This document shows positions 60,101 to 63,961 of a DNA stretch of 63,961 nt, in pieces. The position numbers and the translations under genes were made by a program. Position 1 is the stretch's first letter, and each line of letters opens with the position of its first letter. Below the pieces are notes generated by a model that was not told the origin of the DNA, made no database searches, and was given only the letters and a program-made list of their open reading frames with translations. The stretch comes from Oculina patagonica (lineage: Eukaryota): the NCBI RefSeq assembly GCF_052425735.1, contig NC_135764.1:7812040-7876000 (forward strand). The letters are read 5' to 3'.

Positions 60101-63100
60101 TAAAAGATGAACTTTGTTTCCAAAGCTTTCTACTACGGGTAAAAGACAAATTGCAAATACTTAGGGAGATCGCAATTGCAAAAAAATCATTAGAAAATTT
60201 TCAGCTAACATGGGCCTTTATTTTGTAAATCTTAAAATTATAAATAGAGTGTAAACATAAATAACCGTTTAAACATCTGTTATAGCTTTTAGAATTGTAT
60301 GTGGCGACTATGATTAGTAAGTACATATAGGGAAAAGACAATGTTATGTCAAAATGCTGTAATTAAATGTTTGTAAGTGATGTAATAATATATTGTAGTC
60401 TACTGTAAGCATTATCCCGTAAATCTACGTAAGTACTGTTCTGTAAGTTTTGTTGTGTATTATTAATAATAAAAAAATAAAATAAAAAAAATAAAAAAAT
60501 CTTCTTGAAGTAGTCTGGAGAACTTCGCTTCGATACACTTACTGTATTTCTTTAGTTTCTGTAAGAAACTTACGGCGTTTAGGTTGAAATTCAAGCAACT
60601 TACCGCAAAACCAAAAATTATGTTGCGTGAGCCATTACGTGTATAAAGCATTCGTGTACAAATTCTTCGTGTTTCCAAATATGGTACTTAGCAAAATGAA
60701 TATTCAAACGCTGTGCGCGCGCGTTACACGTGTACATGTTTCAACCCTTGTGGGTTTCTGAGGCTCACAATGCCTGGTGAGAACTATGTTATGTAGCTGT
60801 AACTCTTTGCACACATTGCAGGCCTACAATGCTAGCTTCATTGATCCCACTGCAGATGGATGGATACTGCAGCAAAACACAAGATAAAAATTAATATGGG
60901 TTTATGATTCCATGTTGCTGATGTACATACCTCTCTACTTGCAATAACTGAGCTCTGGTTGCTAACAGTGGCCCCTATTTGACTTCCCCGAGGTCGAGAG
61001 TGAAAGTACTCCTCACTCTCTTTATCAGACAGCTTTTCCACTTTTCCTTCTATTTTTACCTATCAGAAACAGTTGTGACAAGAACACATAATTTGTGAGA
61101 AACTGTGCAAATTTCTTAGAAAATTAACCAATCTCTCATTTACAGAAAGTGCTCATTATATGTTAACATACTGGACAAAATCAACAGTTTTACTAATACA
61201 TGTATGGTACATGTACCTGTCTGTGTAAGGGATGCCAATAAAACAACAAGCAGGCATATGGGTTTTCTTTCTGAAAAAAAAAAGGAAGGTCAAATGAAGT
61301 TGGTGTTCATGACAAATAAAAAAATATTATTTCAAAAGAATTTCAAGTACAGGTCAATGGTCAGTGTCCTTTTGACCTGCTACCAGGGGAGCTCACCATT
61401 TAACCAAAAATCCTGGAAAATTCTGTTGGAAAAAAATTGGGAAGTTATTTCCCGAAAGTTGTAGACTTATTAAAGCTGTATGTGTCCTTTCATTCCAGTT
61501 GGTAATTAGAACTGTCGGAAAATTCTGAACCATTTGTTATTTTCTCCCATTTCCTGAGTCTCCAATCAAGGGAAATCAATAACGAAAAAATTATAATGGT
61601 TAGTGCCATCTCTCTATGTCATAAAAGCACAAAGTCTGTTTAAATAGTTAGGGATGAATAACATGCAGAAAGAGAGGTAATTAGATGGGGTACATAATTA
61701 TAAAAGAAACAAAGTGAACTTTAGTGCTGTTTAGTAACGCGGTGATACCTGTAGTGTAAGGCTGCCTTGTTTCCTTGTCATAAATTGAGCTTATTTTAAC
61801 ATCTTGATGGGAGAAGCTTATTAACAAATTGAACTTCCAGAAGAGGGCTAAGGCTTATTAGAGGGGGGAGGGGGGGGGGTAAAAAGAAGGGGAATTAATA
61901 GTGCTTTTATGGTATAGAGTGATTTTCACTTGAGTGTCGGAAGTAATTTGCATTTCCTTTGGTTTTGCATTGCTGTGCTAAGTGACTGGTTTGAAAAACT
62001 CACACCATGCACTTTCATAATTCAAACCAAAATCCATCATGACTTGCTCATGCACGTTTTGCTTGGTCGACCCGATTGTCTGTATACTTTGTGATTGGCC
62101 AGAGTAATCACTTTGCTTTTGGTTTCAAGACACTCAACTGAAAACTGCTCTTTTAAGGTTACTGAACAGGTTCGCATTCTCATGGGCGCATAATTTTAGA
62201 AAATAATTAAACCTACAGTATACATCATTTTTTTAAAAAGCTTATAATTATAAGAACCAAGACGAGTGGACAAGCAAGATCAACAAACAAGCAATGCTCT
62301 CACGCTAAAATTTTGCAGGAGGTCCAGTGGGGTTGACAGCTCAACACTTTTGGACTGTCACATAATGAGTCACGCAAAAAAGGTTTTTTTACGATAAGTC
62401 TAAAGCGAAAAGAGATTTTGATTTTTTTTTCTGCTAAAGCAAGCCTAGACTACATTCTTTATGTTCGTCTTCTATCACAATTTTGGAAAAATTTCACCTG
62501 CGAACCTGTTCAGTAACCTTATAATCATAGCAGCAAATGTGACATTCCTACATGTGGGGTTGGGGGGGGGGGGGGGGGGGTGGCGTGACTTGTAATATTC
62601 ATGAAAGTAAAAAATCATGTAACTCTTACCAGTTGTTCTCCTTTTCTGCTAGTATAATTTGTAAAAAATGTGAATCCTGTGTTATCATAACCCTTAAGCA
62701 ACACAACCCTTGCTGACGGTCGGCAATCCCTTTAAAACAAAAACAGTTGCAAATATATGAATAAGAAAACAAATGGCATCCCTTCCCTACCCCTGCTGGC
62801 AATCTTAAAATCCAACATGGCGGACACAATGCAAGCCGTTCCAATGTTATGCAACAGGGACAAATTAATTATGTAACAACACGAAGAATGCCTTTGATAT
62901 CTCGGCCAACCTCAAAACTCACCGTCCACAGGTTGAGAGAACCATAGCGTTAGCTTCTCCGATATTATACGCCTTCGTAGCTTCTCTGAACCATGCGTCA
63001 AACTGCATGAACGGTTCCCTCGCCACGAGACCGGACTCGTCAAAGCCGATCGGCGTTTTGTATTCCATTCTCATGGCAGCGACATCTACATTGCGTAACA

Positions 63101-63191
63101 TAGCTGGGCATCCACTAAAATGTCGGCTTATGTAAGTTATCCTTAGAACAGACTTAGTTGTTCTCCAAAACCTGAACGAAGATGCACTCAT
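57187..63191 (-). CDS. PNPO: Pyridoxine/pyridoxamine 5'-phosphate oxidase, 264 aa, 6 exons
   Basis: Exons 63191-62923, 62729-62630, 61270-61217, 61059-60931, 58629-58553, 57352-57187 (795 nt). Motifs: [81 protein letters not shown]. Confidence 0.96.
57397..58197. mobile_element. 801-bp non-autonomous Kolobok-like element (TTAA TSD) in PNPO intron 5
   Basis: ttaa|ggtcgcgcaggacccttg ... caagggtcctgcgcgacc|ttaa, an 18-bp perfect TIR. It contains an internal inverted repeat at 57699-57849. Confidence 0.85.
58937..60760. mobile_element. MITE interrupted by a LINE (PNPO intron 4)
   Basis: TIR cagaaacccataagggttgaaac ... gtttcaacccttgtgggtttctg, and an inner inverted repeat ctaagtaccatatttggaaa ... 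tttccaaatatggtacttag. Confidence 0.75.
59194..60498 (+). mobile_element. 5'-truncated L1/Tx1-type non-LTR retrotransposon (ORF2 C-terminal part, 59266-60228)
   Basis: ORF with [16 protein letters not shown] and the zinc-knuckle-like CPLC...TLNHLLVTC, followed by a 3' UTR and A-rich tail. A 16-bp TSD ATCTTCTTGAAGTAGT lies at 59178-59193 and 60499-60514. Confidence 0.92.
62157..62518. mobile_element. Kolobok-like MITE in PNPO intron 2
   Basis: ttaa|ggttactgaacaggttcgca ... tgcgaacctgttcagtaacc|ttat, a 20-bp perfect TIR. Confidence 0.8.
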
Positions 63192-63364
63192 TTACTGCGT
63201 ATAAATAGCACGGATTTCGAGCACGGAAATGTCACGCAAGTTTGTATCGTCGGTCTGCTGTTGTGACTGCCTTGTACCCAGGCGCCGCTCTACCTCGTAA
63301 TTTTCAGGGGCGCAAGGAGACATGGGAAAGACTGTTGAGCCTTCCCAGGGGTATCAAATGTCTT

Positions 63365-63485
63365 TGCGAGCATGCGAGCACAGCGTTTTTCTGTGCGAGC
63401 ACGAGCATGCGAGCACTTGTAAAAATGTGCGAGCACGAGCAAACGAGCACACACTAAAATTTTGCGAGCATTGCGAGCACTGCGA
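63365..63485. repeat. Cluster of (G)CGAGCA short repeats upstream of PNPO
   Basis: About ten cgagca motifs within 120 bp, probably the subterminal part of an interspersed repeat. Confidence 0.6.
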
Positions 63486-63961
63486 CATTTTGAGGAACCA
63501 TTCAATTCTTGACTCCTTCCCTTGCTACTTTGCGTCCTTGATAAGCGCCGGGCAAGTGTGATTATCAACGTGACCGGAAAATTGCGTACATTACATGTAA
63601 ACAAATTAAGCGCCCAATGGAAAACTGGAGCTCTCTTCATCAAATTACATTCAAACTGCAAACGGGAACATGTATAATAAGACGGACACCTGGTGTTGGT
63701 CCCGTTCCTGCCGTTTTCAGTCATTTTACGGTGACTAAACTCCCTATAGGACAGACACCTCTCTAAGACGGACAGCTGGAGCAGGTCCAGGCGGTGTACT
63801 TTCAGTAGAAAGAGTTCACCGTAGAGTGGAAACCAAAGAACACACGCTTAAGTCAATTATTCTCAGACGCTTTAGTCGTCTGAGAATCATGCCACAGTAG
63901 CTGCCACAGTTAAGAAAATAGCACAAAGTAAATACGTGCGCTGATTGGTTAAAAATTGTGT

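Noticed and set aside
59266-60228. Host protein-coding gene nested in PNPO
   Set aside because: It is a truncated LINE ORF2 bounded by a TSD and an A-rich tail.
62563-62580. Poly-G tract (also poly-C at 6095-6119) as functional G-quadruplex
   Set aside because: Simple homopolymers in intron or MITE context, with unreliable length and no supporting evidence.

Overview
AT-rich, intron-rich animal genomic DNA. The repeat families and gene content suggest a cnidarian, probably a scleractinian coral (inference). I assembled six protein-coding genes by hand from splice signals and reading-frame phase: (1) a single-coding-exon bursicon/glycoprotein-hormone-like cystine-knot protein (+, 3564-3917); (2) a PRSS23/35-like secreted serine protease (-, 11486-13949), possibly with an in-frame upstream extension; (3) a 14-exon, about 1407-aa secreted protein with signal peptide, 5 CUB, 2 F5/8C, 1 CUB and a trypsin-like domain whose catalytic Ser is replaced by Gly (-, 19980-34743); (4) an ankyrin-repeat protein with an N-terminal hydrophobic segment (-, 37444-42086), head-to-head with (5) CLP1 (+, 43504-55294); and (6) PNPO (-, 57187-63191). 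CLP1 has 14 coding exons and uses GT-AG, GC-AG and U12-type AT-AC introns. The 3.46-kb AT-AC intron holds a nest of elements: a MITE containing a 2.8-kb TIR element, which contains a 69-bp hairpin tandem array. Introns and intergenic DNA also carry many MITEs, SINE and LINE fragments, tandem duplications and two assembly gaps. No CRISPR array, rRNA or tRNA gene was found.
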